This document shows positions 43,337 through 43,474 of a stretch of DNA of 43,474 bases, piece after piece. Both the position numbers and the translations under genes were made by a program. The notes under the pieces are model-generated. The model ran no database searches. It was given only the letters and a program-made list of their open reading frames with translations, and was not told the DNA's origin. Source of the stretch: Verrucomicrobiota bacterium (lineage in GTDB: Bacteria > Verrucomicrobiota > Verrucomicrobiia > Limisphaerales > CANJXF01); assembly GCA_038214755.1 (NCBI GenBank), contig JBBQRQ010000040.1:1-43474 (forward strand), given 5' to 3'. Every line of letters starts with the position of its first letter. The stretch's first letter is position 1.

Positions 43337-43474
43337 GTGCTTCTTGCTCTCTTTGTAAATCACGCCGCGGTTGTTGAACCACGCGGGCCGGGGATCGCGT
43401 TTGATGGCGGCGTCGTACGCCGCGATGGCGAGGTCGTGCTTTTGCAGCTCCTTGTACGCCCAGCCGAGATACGC
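43310..43474 (-). CDS. tetratricopeptide-repeat fragment (runs off the window end)
   Basis: 'AYLGWAYKELQKHDLAIAAYDAAIKRDPRPAWFNNRGVIYKESKKHEQALADFN' fits the TPR consensus. Confidence 0.75.

Noticed and set aside
42701..43363. Genuine TPR-SucA fusion protein (220-aa ORF)
   Set aside because: SucA fragment lacks both ends, composition shifts abruptly, and junctions coincide with short sequences compatible with both sides; misassembly is more likely

Overview
Bacterial DNA, most likely Verrucomicrobiota (Pedosphaera/Limisphaerales-like). This is inferred from a PVC-type CxxCH heme protein, PATR proteins, recurrent C-terminal '...FFRL' domains and many short palindromic repeats. The housekeeping backbone is argB-argD-argF, an RluA-family pseudouridine synthase, a PpiD/SurA-like chaperone, purC, a transaldolase (fsa/talC family) and cbiX. 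Accessory material lies between these genes: (i) a toxin-antitoxin patch after purC, bounded by a duplicated purC 3' end; (ii) a 1.9-kaa secreted Zn-metalloprotease with PATR repeats; (iii) a GH-like/Ig secreted protein; (iv) an orphan Rhs C-terminal PLA2-like toxin with an immunity-like lipoprotein and IS4/Rhs debris; (v) a four-gene cluster of three RoxA-like di-heme c proteins plus a duplicated beta-barrel-like domain, one copy fused across a membrane helix to a di-heme domain; (vi) a 1.3-kaa Sec-exported alpha/beta-hydrolase followed by two paralogous immunity-like membrane proteins, preceded by a structured leader with terminator, antiterminator and anti-antiterminator pairings. Palindromic elements and microsatellites are abundant, and several sit in frame inside genes (argD, a lipoprotein-like gene, cbiX). 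The last ~680 bp (high-GC sucA/kgd and TPR fragments) look like an assembly chimera. No rRNA, tRNA or CRISPR array was seen. All family assignments come from reading motifs by eye; no searches were run.
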